A stretch of DNA of 64,000 nucleotides from Candidatus Bathyarchaeota archaeon (GCA_963833125.1 CAWHWX010000014.1:1-64000), one strand, 5' to 3'. Positions 29,607 to 41,124 are shown, counted from the first letter of the stretch. Notes: generated by a model from the sequence alone, not told the origin. Translations and numbers: made by a program.

Positions 29607-30905
29607 TCAAGCAAAATTCTGCATTGGATTCCAGTGGCCCCTTGCCGGTTGAGGAACGAAGTTGTCTAATGAGTCGGGTGGGAACTTGAGTCGCTTGCCC
29701 TTTTCAGCAGCCATATAACACGCCATAATCAACTCCAACACAGCCAAGCCGTCGTGCCAGTTCTCGAGGGGGAGCCGATTTTGGAGAAAGCTTTGAACCA
29801 TGTGGCGATTCTCAGCCTGAATACCATAAGTGAATGACTCGTCAGGAATCGTTGGCATGAGCCCTTGATCAGCGGCCTGTTTTTCGACAAAGTATGTTCC
29901 GGATTTGTGTTTCAGGTTTTTGCTGAAGAAAACGTGAAGGTCTGGCTGGAGAGTATTAATGCTCATTTGGTATTCGGGGCCCAGCAATTCGAGAGTTAAT
30001 CGTACTCCCGGTCCAGTGTAACACCAGAGCACGGATGTGTCAGCTATGAGCGTATATCCGTCTGCAGCCTCGAATGTCACTGTAGCCCTGCCGAAATCTT
30101 CCATCGGTGACTTCGAATAATCAGCCTGTCCACCTGTGTTCTTTTTGAGTTGTTCAACATATTCTGGTTGTGTCCATTTCAGTGAAGCAATTTCCGCAGA
30201 GACCGTCTGAACCTTTACCTGTTTCCTGTTCTCCTCAGGACTGGTAAGCATGAACCGCGAAGCTTCAAGGCTGTGACACATCATATCCATAACTACTCCG
30301 CCCCCAGCTTTCTGAGGAACCCAAAACCATGCAGCATGTGGCCCGCCATGTTCCTCAGCAGCTCTGGCCAGGAAGGGCCTGCCCACATCTTTCGCGACAC
30401 TCCAGATGATTTCCTTGCCGCGGGTTAGCGAGGGTGCAAAAACCTGGTTCTCCAAATAACCGTGCAAAATCCCAGCCTTTTCCACGAGGTTAACCATCTC
30501 CTTCGCATCTTGGATTGTAGTGGCCAGAGGCTTTTCGCATGCAATGCCTCGCACCTTACTTCGACCCTCACGAACCTCCTCCGTGATCCCACGGATAATG
30601 GAAAGGCGGACATTGTTGGGGGTCGCGACCCAAACGGCATCTACGCGCGGGTCGTTTACAGTTTCACGGAGATCAGAATACACTACGGGTTTCCCCACAC
30701 CAAGATCCGAACAAAGGCTCGCCAATTTCTTGGCTTTTTCGAGGGTAGGACTGCAGATTGCAACGATCTCCGAATCTCTCACTGAGAGCCAGGATCGCGC
30801 ATGAGAGAAATTTATGAATCCAGCGCCAATGAACGCTACACCAAGTCGCTTATGATTGGAACTCAACTGAAGTCTTCTGCGCCATTGGTAGTTGTTCGTT
30901 ACCAA
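29607..30905 (-). CDS. Gfo/Idh/MocA oxidoreductase
   Basis: FIGAGFI, VATPN, ACEKPLA, GGGVVMDMMCH. Confidence 0.9.
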   Translation of the reverse strand: MVTNNYQWRRRLQLSSNHKRLGVAFIGAGFINFSHARSWLSVRDSEIVAICSPTLEKAKKLASLCSDLGVGKPVVYSDLRETVNDPRVDAVWVATPNNVRLSIIRGITEEVREGRSKVRGIACEKPLATTIQDAKEMVNLVEKAGILHGYLENQVFAPSLTRGKEIIWSVAKDVGRPFLARAAEEHGGPHAAWFWVPQKAGGGVVMDMMCHSLEASRFMLTSPEENRKQVKVQTVSAEIASLKWTQPEYVEQLKKNTGGQADYSKSPMEDFGRATVTFEAADGYTLIADTSVLWCYTGPGVRLTLELLGPEYQMSINTLQPDLHVFFSKNLKHKSGTYFVEKQAADQGLMPTIPDESFTYGIQAENRHMVQSFLQNRLPLENWHDGLAVLELIMACYMAAEKGKRLKFPPDSLDNFVPQPARGHWNPMQNFA

Positions 30906-32668
30906 TGTATGGGTTTTTCGAACCTACTGAATGATCGGAGTATGGGATTACGTGCGCTTGGCGCTAGCCGTTGCTGGTTTATTCTGGGGGTATCTCGGAG
31001 AAGATGGCTGACGGCTCTAGCCCGGCGGCGCTTTATTCTGAGTCTTCCGAGTAAGTATATTGCGACGGCGAGTAGGCCGAGTGCCAGTACGCCTTCATAG
31101 GCTAAGTAGATACTTGCTCCTAGGAAAGCGCCGCTGACGAGTGGAGTTGTTTCAGAGATTACGTAAATGGCGAACCCCCCGGCTCCAACAAATCCAGCGA
31201 GCGCCAGCGTCGCCGCCCCTTTCATCGATCCAAACAGGCGCTTATACAGCTGGGGCTTGAGAATAGGGAAGAGGCCCGCAGCTAGGAGAGGAAGGAGGAG
31301 GCCGATCGGGACAAAAATAGACGAGTTAAGTATTCCAGCGATGGCGCCTAGGTTCCAGTAAAGGGTTAGATAGATTGCGGATAAGACCCCGATCAACACC
31401 GTCGCCACATGTGGAGAATGGAACCTGTCGCTTACATCACCAAAGCGGCTTGGGAGCACCCGATCCATTGAAGCTGCGAAGAGCATGCGTGATGAGTAGA
31501 TCAGGAGCCCAGTGGAGTTTATAGTCCAACCAAGGAACAGGCCTATACCCACGATGGCTCCCGCTACTGGGTTAGCTAGTGAAAGTAGGAAGTTAGGGAA
31601 TGGGTCAACTGGGAAAGAAGACGGATTTACTCCTGCTACGTAAGCCAATGAATTGAGGAACCCGGTCGTAAACACCGTGTACACGATCCATGTCATGACC
31701 TCAAGGAGGATGAAGGTCACTCCTACTGACAGCATATACGCGTTGTAGATGCTCGTCTTGACGTTCTTCGTCTCTCCGGCGGAATAGGAGCTAAAGTTGA
31801 AAAGTACGTACGTAAGGAAACCCCAAGGCATGGCTGCCAGCAGAGTATTAGTCCAATTGAAGGAAGTTGCGGGGAAACCACCTGCTGTGGTCTGACTGAG
31901 CACGCCGCTGTAAGTGATATTGTATCCGGCGAACCTCATAGCCTGGTCGAAAGAAGGCTGGACCGAGGAGGGGGTGATGAATAACACGCCAAGACAGAAT
32001 ATAGCAGTAACTATCAGGTAGGTTGGAACAGTGATGAGGCAATACAGTTTGTAGGCACGAATTCCAAATATTGCAATTAAGATGAGTACGATTAGTACCA
32101 CGAAGGATAGAGGAAATCCCCAGGGTACTGAAGCCAGGTTGATCGCAAGCTGAGTCAGATAACTACTGTGAATCGCGGCTCCAACTCCGAAGAAGGATGG
32201 GCCAAGTCCTATCACGAACATGTCCCATAGATTGAACACGTTGAAGTAGATCAGGCCCGCACCTATGAAGATCATCTGGATGGTTGCGTATAGCGGTCCC
32301 ACCATTCGAGCGGACCAAACATAATCGCCCCCGCTTCTGGGCATTCCTGCGCTAAGTTTCCCATACACGTATGCCATACAGAGAGGCGGAATGCCCCCAA
32401 TCGCAAAGCAGACGTACAGGTTAGCGCCAGGGAAGAAATAGGGCGCGAACAGGACAGTCGTGACAAATCCGTTGATGAGGAGGACCATTCCTTGCGACAT
32501 AAGAAAGTGATCCCTAAAACCAAGCGCCCTGACCAGCCCTGTTGCTTCTCGCAGGAACACCGGACGCTTAGCAGACGTACTGTCTGATGCAGTCAAATAA
32601 TTGAGCCTCCGGAGAATAGTTGAGTTTAGTAAATAAGATCTTCGCAAATCTGTCTTAGCGGTCGGCAA
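30899..32668 (-). CDS. APC-family permease; C-terminal frameshift, true end probably near 30979
   Basis: FLREATGLVR, MPRSGGDYVW, SRMLFAASMDRVLP; the alternative frame gives GLEPSAIFSEIP. Confidence 0.88.
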   Translation of the reverse strand: MPTAKTDLRRSYLLNSTILRRLNYLTASDSTSAKRPVFLREATGLVRALGFRDHFLMSQGMVLLINGFVTTVLFAPYFFPGANLYVCFAIGGIPPLCMAYVYGKLSAGMPRSGGDYVWSARMVGPLYATIQMIFIGAGLIYFNVFNLWDMFVIGLGPSFFGVGAAIHSSYLTQLAINLASVPWGFPLSFVVLIVLILIAIFGIRAYKLYCLITVPTYLIVTAIFCLGVLFITPSSVQPSFDQAMRFAGYNITYSGVLSQTTAGGFPATSFNWTNTLLAAMPWGFLTYVLFNFSSYSAGETKNVKTSIYNAYMLSVGVTFILLEVMTWIVYTVFTTGFLNSLAYVAGVNPSSFPVDPFPNFLLSLANPVAGAIVGIGLFLGWTINSTGLLIYSSRMLFAASMDRVLPSRFGDVSDRFHSPHVATVLIGVLSAIYLTLYWNLGAIAGILNSSIFVPIGLLLPLLAAGLFPILKPQLYKRLFGSMKGAATLALAGFVGAGGFAIYVISETTPLVSGAFLGASIYLAYEGVLALGLLAVAIYLLGRLRIKRRRARAVSHLLRDTPRINQQRLAPSARNPILRSFSRFEKPIHW

Positions 32669-32707
32669 AATTCAAGGCTTAAATACATTTCAGAGAATTT
32701 CTTTTGC

Positions 32708-33013
32708 ATGGTCCATATTTTTATGATGTATAATGTGCTGCCGGGAAAAATGGAAGAATATAGAAAGCACTCACGGACAACCGACCAACCAACATTGAAG
32801 GGCCAACCTGGGATAAGGAAATTTACAGTTTACGAGATCAAAGGAGCTCAGACCGGTAAGTCACCGTACCAGGTCGTAGAAGACATCGAAGTGGACAGCT
32901 GGGACGCTTTCCTGAAAGTTGCCGCCTCTGACGCTGGCAAGAAACTCGGTGAGATGTGGAAAAAGTATTGCGATGAGGCTTCCCAAATTACCGTCTTCGG
33001 AGATCCAATCTGA
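32708..33013 (+). CDS. EthD/HapK-like dimeric alpha-beta barrel protein
   Basis: 101-aa ORF; YNVLPGKMEEYRK, PYQVVEDIEVDSWDAF. Confidence 0.6.
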   Translation: MVHIFMMYNVLPGKMEEYRKHSRTTDQPTLKGQPGIRKFTVYEIKGAQTGKSPYQVVEDIEVDSWDAFLKVAASDAGKKLGEMWKKYCDEASQITVFGDPI

Positions 33014-33181
33014 AATCCGCTTTTCTTCGCATTATCTGATAGTTACTGATTTCGTTCTTCCGGGAATCCCACATCTGATTCGTTATCGGAGTGTCGTTTA
33101 CTGTCGGCTCAGGCTAAACCATCCGCCTATAACGGATGGAGCAGCCTGAAACTTTTCAATGATTTAATTGAGGTTCAGATC

Positions 33182-34410
33182 GTGCCGGAGATCGGCGGCA
33201 GGATCATCCAATTGAAGCTAGACGAGTTTGAATATCTCTGGGTGAATGATCATCTGGCAGGTCAACCGGCTACACCGACAGGGCTCGGCGTTGATGGTGG
33301 TTGGCTGAATTATGGAGGGAGCAAGATCTGGCCCGCTCCGCAAGGTTGGGGACGCGATGATCGTTGGCCAGGGCCGCCAGACGCAGTACTCGACGGAAGC
33401 CCTCACGTCGGGTCCATTCTAGTTCCCGAGGGCGAATGTGCCTCAGTGCAAGTAGTTAGCCAGAGGGATGACCGGAGTGGCATTCAGTTCACACGTACCC
33501 TCAAAGTCTGCAATAATGCAGCACGCGTTAGCATCGACTGCAAGATGGAAAATATCGATACTAAACCGAGGCGTTGGGGGATCTGGCAGGTCACACAGCA
33601 CAATGTCGCAAACAGAAATGGGACTGGATTCGACGAAAAAATCCGCGTCTACTGCCCCATCAACCCTCGAAGCATTCACCCCAAGGGCTACAAGGTAATC
33701 TACGGTCCGACGGACAATCCCGAATTCAACTCCAAGAACGGAATGATGTCCACTCGATACCTGCATTTGGTTGGTAAGATAGGGATGGATTGTTCAGCTG
33801 GGTGGTATGCGCTAGTAAACGGCACCCACGGCTATGTGTTTGTCGAGCGGTTCATTTGGGAGAGCGAAAGAGAATATCCTGATGACACGTCGTTCGAACT
33901 CTGGACTCAAGGCTCGGGAACCATTCGAGCCTGGGGAAGGCAGGTCAAGATGTCGGATAAGCTCGCGGAAAACCCTTACGTTCTGGAAACCGAAGCCCTA
34001 AGTCCATTTGCTCAACTAGTACCCGGACAGAGTAGTTCCTACCACAGCGACTGGTATGTCGCAAAAATCGGCGGAAACTTGCCGATTGTGGATTGTACTG
34101 ACGTGGGCATAACCTGCGTTCCGTTACTGGCGAGTCTTTCCGCAGGAAATCTCACCATACCGCCGGGCATTTTGGCGTATTTGAAAACGGTCAAGCGGCA
34201 TTAGCGTTTATGGACGCGGATGGAAATGAAACTGGTCGCGGGTTTGCGAGGATATCCGTCTCACCGAAGGAGCCGCTTATGCTTGAAGAATTGGGCAAGC
34301 TTGCCGAGGGGGTTGAGGTCCCTTCAGGGACCGTTCAATTGTCGCTAATCGTGATCGACGGTTCAGGAGAAACAGTTGGGAGCTTAGCTCTTTCAAGAAT
34401 TTCGAATTGA
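33182..34410 (+). CDS. Galactose-mutarotase-like (DUF4380-like) protein; frameshift near 34166
   Basis: VPEIGGRI, NYGGSKIWPAPQ, YPDDTSFELW, LETEALSP; the C-terminal part continues in the frame of ORF 34210-34410. Confidence 0.65.
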
Positions 34411-34439
34411 TGTAGAGCGCAGTACGATTTTTCCCCAGC

Positions 34440-35614
34440 TCACCAGTCCGCTATAGAACCGTCGTCGTAGTAGACATTGGGTATGTCCTTGGCGGTGTAG
34501 GGTATGCGTCGCAGAAGGTCTTCATTTAGTTCGAACCCCAAGCCGGGTCCGCGGGTAGCTGTAAGTAACCATCTTCGAATTTCAAAGGCGGTTTTAGCAG
34601 ACCTTTCCTTGGGTTCGTATCAGCCGGAATCATTTCTTGAATCAAAAAGTTCGGGATGCTTGCGTCCAGATGGATTGAGGCGGCTGTGGCTACTGGACTG
34701 TTTGGGTTGTGAGGAGCGACTGTGGCATAGTAACATTCGGCTAGGGCGGCAATTTTCTTACACTCGAGGATTCCGCCTGCGTGACAAACGTCGGGTTGTA
34801 TGATTTGTGCTCCATGCTTTTCCAGAAGTGAACTGAAACCGAACTTGGTGTAGATTCTTTCGCCTGTGGCGATAGGAACATTCGACTTTGCGCATACTTG
34901 AGCCATCATTTCAACGTTTTCGGGTGGGACTGGTTCTTCGAAGAAGAGGAGGTTGTATGGTTCGAGTTCTTTAGCTAGAATTGTGGCTGTGCTCGGGTCT
35001 AAGCGTCCATGAGCATCCAACATTAGGTCGATTTTTTCTCCAACGGCGTTTCGGACTGCTGCAACTCGCGCTACGGTTTCCTTTATTGGGCTTCTTTTCA
35101 TTACGTCGTGTCGAGACGGAATTCCGGAGACCGTGTAAGCGTTCGCGCCTTCCGTCAGGAATTTCAGTGCCTTGAATCCCTTTGCTACAATTTGTTTAGA
35201 GTTCTTAGCTAGGTCTTCTGGTGTAAGGCCGGAGACATGTGTGTACGCTTTTACTTTGTCTCGCGAAGGTCCGCCTAGCAATTTGTAGACGGGGCAGCCT
35301 AAGCTCTTGCCTAGAATGTCCCAGAGCGCCTGTTCCACACCAGAGATTGCGCTGCATAGTACGGGGCCTCCCTTCCAGAAAGTTCCTCGATACATTGCCT
35401 GCCAGTGGCGTTCGATTTCTGTTGGGTCTTTTCCTACCAAGTAGCGTTTGAGTTCTAATACTGCGGTCTCAACTGTCTTTTCTCTACTCTCAAGCGTCCC
35501 TTCTCCATATCCAACTAAACCGTTACTTGTTTCGACTTTCACGAACAGCCAATTGCGCCATTTGTCTGCCTTTCTTTCGCCTGCGAGGAATGTCTTCACA
35601 TCAGTTATCTTCAA
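34440..35614 (-). CDS. dgoD: Galactonate dehydratase (mandelate racemase/enolase family); C-terminal frameshift near 34538
   Basis: WLFVKVET, GYGEGTLE, GGPVLCSAISGVEQALWD, DAHGR, FFEEP, ATGER, QPDVCHAGG, APHNP. Confidence 0.85.
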
Positions 35615-35638
35615 GGTAAGAGAACTCCAATCTCAGCA

Positions 35639-36727
35639 TCAGTAATCGGCATCAAGTTTAGTTGTTTCTTTTAGATACTGAGCTAGGTTCTCTTCCGTGT
35701 AGGTGCCCTTGTATGGAGTTGGTTTTGAATTTGCGTCGCCATAGGTTTGTTGTATGTATGGCGATACTTCCTGACCGAGCAGTTGCAGATATCCTTCCAC
35801 ATCACCGCTAACCGACGCCGCGATGTGCGTGAAGCCAAGTTTAATGTAAGTCTCGTAGAATTTGATAATGTCCTCACGGGTGGAAGCAACGAGGAAGTTC
35901 TTCTCGACAGTCTCCCAAGAAACCCTGTTGCCGTGTTCTTCCATATAGCGAGGGTCTGAAACAGCCAAATCAAAGAAGACGGGAAGAAGGGTTGACTTCC
36001 ACAGCTTCAGCGAGTTCAATGCCTTCTCCTGGTCGTTTTTCGAGTATCCAACGTGAACGAGGAGTGATTTCTCAATCTGATCCGATCTTCGTCCCACGAG
36101 CCTCGCACCCTTCTCCAAGGCGGGAAATAGTTTCTGGGTAAAGAGGGAAGTGTCTTCCAGCGGAAGGGACATGAAGCTATCGCCAAGCATCCCAGCGACT
36201 TCCGCTCCTCGGGGTCCCGTTGAGGCTATGTGGATTGGAATGGGCAGGTTGGGTTTGTCGTAGAGGTTTGCCTTGGAAACCCTGTAGAATTTTCCCGAAT
36301 GAGTTACGAATTTTCGATTCCAGAGCTTCCTGATTATTACGACGGCTTCCTTCAAACGTTCAAGATTCTCTGCGTGAGTTGGCCATTCGAAACCGCAAGG
36401 AACCTCGTTTAGGGCTTCACCTGTACCGACTCCGAGAAACACTCGGCCTGGGTAGAGGAGTGCCAGTGTCGCAAAGGCCTGGGCGACGATTGGGGGTTGG
36501 TAGCGAAAGAGTGGGGCGGTTATGCTTGTGCCGAGAATTGCATTTTTCGTTAGTGCGCCGATAGCAGAGAGTATTTCCCAAGAGAAACCTCCGTGGCCAT
36601 TAGTGTGATACCAAGGATGGAAGTGGTCCGAAGCCCACACTGCATCTAACCCGTTTCTTTCTGCGCTTACCCCGTACCTCACCAGGTCCGGGGGGGCGTA
36701 TTCTTCGGATGCGGCTACGAATCCCAA
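35639..36727 (-). CDS. LLM-class F420-dependent oxidoreductase (FGD-like)
   Basis: WASDHFHPW, LGTSITAP, FLGVGTGEALNE. Confidence 0.88.
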   Translation of the reverse strand: MGFVAASEEYAPPDLVRYGVSAERNGLDAVWASDHFHPWYHTNGHGGFSWEILSAIGALTKNAILGTSITAPLFRYQPPIVAQAFATLALLYPGRVFLGVGTGEALNEVPCGFEWPTHAENLERLKEAVVIIRKLWNRKFVTHSGKFYRVSKANLYDKPNLPIPIHIASTGPRGAEVAGMLGDSFMSLPLEDTSLFTQKLFPALEKGARLVGRRSDQIEKSLLVHVGYSKNDQEKALNSLKLWKSTLLPVFFDLAVSDPRYMEEHGNRVSWETVEKNFLVASTREDIIKFYETYIKLGFTHIAASVSGDVEGYLQLLGQEVSPYIQQTYGDANSKPTPYKGTYTEENLAQYLKETTKLDADY

Positions 36728-36854
36728 CTTGATTCTCAGTACAAGTCACCTTAACCTCAGAGCCCAAGCGGCCGAAATAGCATATCGAAGACTATACATT
36801 TACGGTTATCACAAAGACCTTACTCTGGCAATTCAATTTCGAGACGATGGATGC

Positions 36855-37728
36855 TTGGCTGATAATGTGAAATTACTGCTCGACGCCGCACTCCACGTTG
36901 GGGGAGGGTGCAATTTGGGATGACAAACGTCAGGTGCTTTACTGGGTGGATATCGATCAGGGATTAGTTCACGTTTACGATCCAGCTACCAGGACAAACC
37001 GTTCAATTCCGGTCGGCCAAGCGGTAGGCACCGTGGTACCGCGACGGTCTGGTGGACTCATGTTGGCTGTTCGTGACGGTTTCATGTCACTCGATCTCGA
37101 TACGGGGAAAACATCCTTAGTCGCTACTCCTCAGGGTCACAATTCAGAAAACCGATTCAACGACGGTAAGTGCGACCCGGCTGGACGGTTTTGGGCTGGG
37201 ACGATGGAGACAGAGACACGTAAAGGTGCCTTGTTCCGCCTTGACCCTGACCTATCGGTTCATCAAATGCTGGATGGCGTTGGCTGCTCGAATGGGATTG
37301 TTTGGAGCTTGGATAGGAAGACAATGTACTATATCGACACTAGGACGAGGAGGATAGATGCGTTTGATTACGAACTCGGGGCCGGAGTCATCTCGAACCG
37401 CCGTCCCATTGTAACTGTTCCCGAAGAGCATGGTCATCCCGACGGCATGACCATGGATGCGGAAGGAAAACTATGGGTGGCGCACTGGGACGGCTGGTGC
37501 GTCTGTCGCTGGGACCCAGCCACAGGGGAGCTGCTTCAAAAGATCCGATTACCAGTCGCACGCCCCACCTCCTGTGCATTTGGGGGTGCAGGACTCGATA
37601 CACTCTACGTCACCTCAGCAACCACCGAGCTAGACAGTGCGGCCTTGGCGAAACAGCCTGAGGCGGGTGGGCTATTCATTTGCAACCCCGGTGTTCGAGG
37701 CCTATCGACACTCTCCTTCGGGGGCTGA
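36855..37728 (+). CDS. SMP-30/gluconolactonase family; frameshift in a G run near 36902
   Basis: GEGAIWD, RFNDGKCDPAGRFWAG, SNGIVWS, PDGMTMD, PTSCAFGG. Confidence 0.92.
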
Positions 37729-37743
37729 CACATCAAACGAATT

Positions 37744-38523
37744 CTAAGCTATCAGCTGCATAACTCGTTTCAATGATTCTTCTGATTTGACTGTGGGATA
37801 ATACTCTAGGCCGACGTAACCATTATACTGTAATTCGTCGATTCTGTTGAAAAGGTGCCTGTAGTTCAATTCACCCAAATCCAATTCATGTCTTCCGGGT
37901 ACTCCCGCGCCGTGAATATGTCCAATTGAGCGAATATTCTTCTCGATGGTTTGTAGTATGTTGCCTTCCATTATCTGCATGTGGTATATGTCGTAAAGCA
38001 GTCTGAGACTTGAACTGCCGACCTCGTTAACCACCGCAAATCCTAACTTTGCTGAATCAAGAAAGTATCCGGGATGGTCAACTAGTGTGTTCAAGGGCTC
38101 CAGCAAGAGCATCATGTCTTCCCTTTCAACTAGCTTGCAAGCTTCCCTCAAAGTGTGGACTATGTTTTTCGTCTGCCGCTTCTTCGTCAAACCCTTCAGC
38201 GTGTTTCCGCTACACGTTATCATTTTCCGACAATCCAGCATCTGAGCGACTTGGATTGTTTTTCTGAGCCGCTTCAAGTACCTCGACTTGTCGCGGGAGT
38301 CTACCAGACTACCTCCAATGTCTCCGACATTGGAGTTCACAACAATATCACACACCTCTACCTTGCAATCCTTAACAACCTGTTGGAGAGCCCTCATATC
38401 CTTGGCATCTTGGTGCAGCCAGAATTCTATTGCCGGGATACCAATCTCCGCAGCTTTTCTGGCCCTTTCGGCGAACGGATATTCGGTCAGCAACGTTTCG
38501 ATGCATACCGAGAATTTGACCAT
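37744..38523 (-). CDS. Hydroxypyruvate isomerase family TIM-barrel protein
   Basis: LEPLNTLVDHPGY, LYDIYHMQIMEGN, VPGRHE, GLEY. Confidence 0.88.
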   Translation of the reverse strand: MVKFSVCIETLLTEYPFAERARKAAEIGIPAIEFWLHQDAKDMRALQQVVKDCKVEVCDIVVNSNVGDIGGSLVDSRDKSRYLKRLRKTIQVAQMLDCRKMITCSGNTLKGLTKKRQTKNIVHTLREACKLVEREDMMLLLEPLNTLVDHPGYFLDSAKLGFAVVNEVGSSSLRLLYDIYHMQIMEGNILQTIEKNIRSIGHIHGAGVPGRHELDLGELNYRHLFNRIDELQYNGYVGLEYYPTVKSEESLKRVMQLIA

Positions 38524-38682
38524 CGCTGAATCAACTTGTCTTGATTTCCTTCATCTAATTGTCTTTCTACCATTAAATCGAATGTTGACCTCATGTGAGC
38601 AGCATAATCAGACTGTTATCTTGGATGGAAAGCGGGAAATATGATCGAGTGCATTCCTAGAGTCAGGAATTGGTGCTTCTGA

Positions 38683-39681
38683 ATGCGTGCTAAGATTGCG
38701 GTTTGGGGCGTTGGTCGAATTGGAATCGTACACGCCCGGAACGTGGCCAGTTCCGAAAAGGCAGAACTTGTAGCGATAGTAGACCCCATTAGGTCACTGG
38801 CTGAAAAGGCGGCTAAAAGATTCGGTGTCCCAGCATATTCAAGCCCATCGGAGATGTTGAGGGAGGAATCTGTGAACGGAGTAATAATCGCCACTCCAAC
38901 AAAATTGCACGCTCAGCATGTGAAGTTGGCTTCGAACGCTGGCGTACCGATGCTCCTTGAAAAACCAATTGCACACAATATGAGGGAAGCTGACTCAATC
39001 GTATCAGCCGTGAAACGTTCGGGAGTGAAGTTCATGATGGGGTTCATGCGGCGTTGGGACGCTAGCTATCAAGAGGCAAAGGGTAGCATAGTTGATGGCT
39101 CGATTGGTAAACCGATTTTGGTAAAGACTTGTGCGAGAGACCCATCTCCGCCCCCTGAGGATTACATAAAACATAGCGGAGGAATCTTCGTGGACCAAAG
39201 CATACACGATATTGACGTCGCACTCTGGCTGATGAATAGCAGGGTTAAGACTGTTTCCGCAACGGGGAAGGCGCTAGTATATCCCCAATTCGCAAAATAT
39301 GGAGATTACGACAATGCGGTAGCTGTTCTTGAGTTCGAGTCGGGTGGGCTTGGAATAATCGAGAGTAGTCGTACCTCAAAGTATGGGTATGACTTGAGGA
39401 CTGAGGTGTTAGGTAGCCGAGGAGCGGTTAGCATTGGCAACGTCAAGAATGATTCAACGGAGTTATGGACCAGTCAAGGCAACGTGAAGGGGCAATACCC
39501 CTGGTTCTTAGAGAGGTTCGACGAGGCATACAGAAACGAGAGCGAAGGTTTTTGCAACTACATCTTAAACGGAGGTAAGTCCCCCGTCCCGGTCGATACG
39601 GGAAGAGCCGCGCTAGAAGTGGCGATAGCGGCAAGAACCGCAGCCAAGACGCATAAGCTAGTTTCGATTCCACCCGGTTAA
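38683..39681 (+). CDS. iolG: myo-Inositol 2-dehydrogenase-like Gfo/Idh/MocA protein
   Basis: GVGRIG..HA, LEKPIA, GFMRRWD, RDPSPP, SGGIFVDQSIHDID, YGYDLRTEVLG. Confidence 0.8.
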   Translation: MRAKIAVWGVGRIGIVHARNVASSEKAELVAIVDPIRSLAEKAAKRFGVPAYSSPSEMLREESVNGVIIATPTKLHAQHVKLASNAGVPMLLEKPIAHNMREADSIVSAVKRSGVKFMMGFMRRWDASYQEAKGSIVDGSIGKPILVKTCARDPSPPPEDYIKHSGGIFVDQSIHDIDVALWLMNSRVKTVSATGKALVYPQFAKYGDYDNAVAVLEFESGGLGIIESSRTSKYGYDLRTEVLGSRGAVSIGNVKNDSTELWTSQGNVKGQYPWFLERFDEAYRNESEGFCNYILNGGKSPVPVDTGRAALEVAIAARTAAKTHKLVSIPPG

Positions 39682-39687
39682 TGCGTT

Positions 39688-40749
39688 TTGAAGGCAGAAA
39701 TTATGAAGGAGGTTATGGGCGCGGTTGTGAATTTTGACGCTAAACCACATTCAGTTGAACTGCGTGAAGTCTCGATCCCAGAGATAGGCGAGGAGGATGT
39801 CCTAGTTGCAGTTCAAGCTGTAGGAATTTGTGGGAGCGATGTCCATCAATATAATGGTACGATAAGTTACAAGGTAAATTACCCGGTCATATTGGGACAC
39901 GAATTTTCCGGAATCGTCGCAAAGACCGGCTCGCGCGTTCACATGTTCAAGAAGGATGATAGTGTGGTTAGCGAGACGGCTGCGGTTGTGGATTTGTATT
40001 CGCCCATTTCTCGCTCGGGCAACTACCACCTAGATCCAAGCAGACTTGGTTTCGGCTATGGAACTGATGGTGCGATGGCTGAATTTGTTCGAGTTCCCGA
40101 ACGTTGCCTCCACCGAATCCCAGACGGTTTGTCTTTCGAGAGAGCCGCCTTAGCCGAACCTTGTTGCGTTTCCTATGACGTAATCTGTGTCAACTCGAGG
40201 ATCCGCCCTGGTGACAGCGTCGCCGTAATTGGACCTGGCCCTATTGGGCTGCTCTGCATGCTCCTAGCAAAGCTCTCCGGCGCGAACCCATTGGTAGCTA
40301 TTGGCATTCCAATCGATGCCAAGCGACTAAAGATTGCTTCGCAAAACGGTGCAACGCATACTATAGGTGAGCAAGGTGAGGACGTTGCGGGGGAGACTAA
40401 GACTCTTGGTGATGGCTACGGGATGGATGTTGTCATCGACGCCTCAGGACATAGCTCCACCTTGAAACTCGCGCTCGATATTGTTCGTCCGGGAGGGCAC
40501 ATAACTAAGGTAGGTTGGGGGCGTCAACCCTGCAACTTTTCCCTAGACCCTCTGGTAGCAAAGGCAGTTACATTGCAGGGCAGTTTCAGTCACACCTGGC
40601 CCATGTGGGAAAAAGTGTTGGCCATGCTCGCGAGCAATCAAATCAACCTCGACCTAATCATAAGCCGCGTTGCTCCCCTAGCCGAATGGCAGAACTGTTT
40701 CGAAGCCATGCACACCGGCGAGATTGTGAAAGGCGTACTGAAACCGTGA
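39688..40749 (+). CDS. Zn-binding alcohol/polyol dehydrogenase
   Basis: GICGSDVH, LGHEFSG, EPCC, GPGPIGL. Confidence 0.9.
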   Translation: MKAEIMKEVMGAVVNFDAKPHSVELREVSIPEIGEEDVLVAVQAVGICGSDVHQYNGTISYKVNYPVILGHEFSGIVAKTGSRVHMFKKDDSVVSETAAVVDLYSPISRSGNYHLDPSRLGFGYGTDGAMAEFVRVPERCLHRIPDGLSFERAALAEPCCVSYDVICVNSRIRPGDSVAVIGPGPIGLLCMLLAKLSGANPLVAIGIPIDAKRLKIASQNGATHTIGEQGEDVAGETKTLGDGYGMDVVIDASGHSSTLKLALDIVRPGGHITKVGWGRQPCNFSLDPLVAKAVTLQGSFSHTWPMWEKVLAMLASNQINLDLIISRVAPLAEWQNCFEAMHTGEIVKGVLKP

Positions 40750-40818
40750 GAAAGCTTCAGATTCAAAGACTAGGTAGTCTCTAGGATCGCACCCAAACCC
40801 TCTTGGAGATGTGTTCCT

Positions 40819-41050
40819 GGTTCTAATCCCGGCGGGCGCGGCAACCCGTAGCTGGGATGGGGGGGGTGGTGTAATTTGTGGGGAGAACACGTTACTCATC
40901 CCTAACGGCGGTGGAGAAAAGAAAACCATCATTCGAAGTAGCTGTGCCTCTTTTTCGGTTCAAACCATTCCCCACTCGGACCCTATTGAGTTCAAACCCG
41001 GATTTTGCAAGACTCAGATTCTGTAAATTGGAGTCAGAATCCCCTACCCC
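40819..41050 (+). repeat. ~230-bp tRNA-end-bounded dispersed element, copy B
   Basis: Starts with a 22/25 match to the tRNA-Lys 3' end (29005-29029); body matches copy A (GGTGTAATTTGTGGGGAGAACA..TTACTCATCCCTAACGGCGGTGGAGAAAAGAAAACCATCATTCGAAGTAGCTG). Confidence 0.85.
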
Positions 41051-41124
41051 ATCTCTGCTTTAGTTGGCTCGGTACGAGGCTCTCCCCAAGAAACGAAGAC
41101 GGCGGGAAAATGCGATTAATTCGT

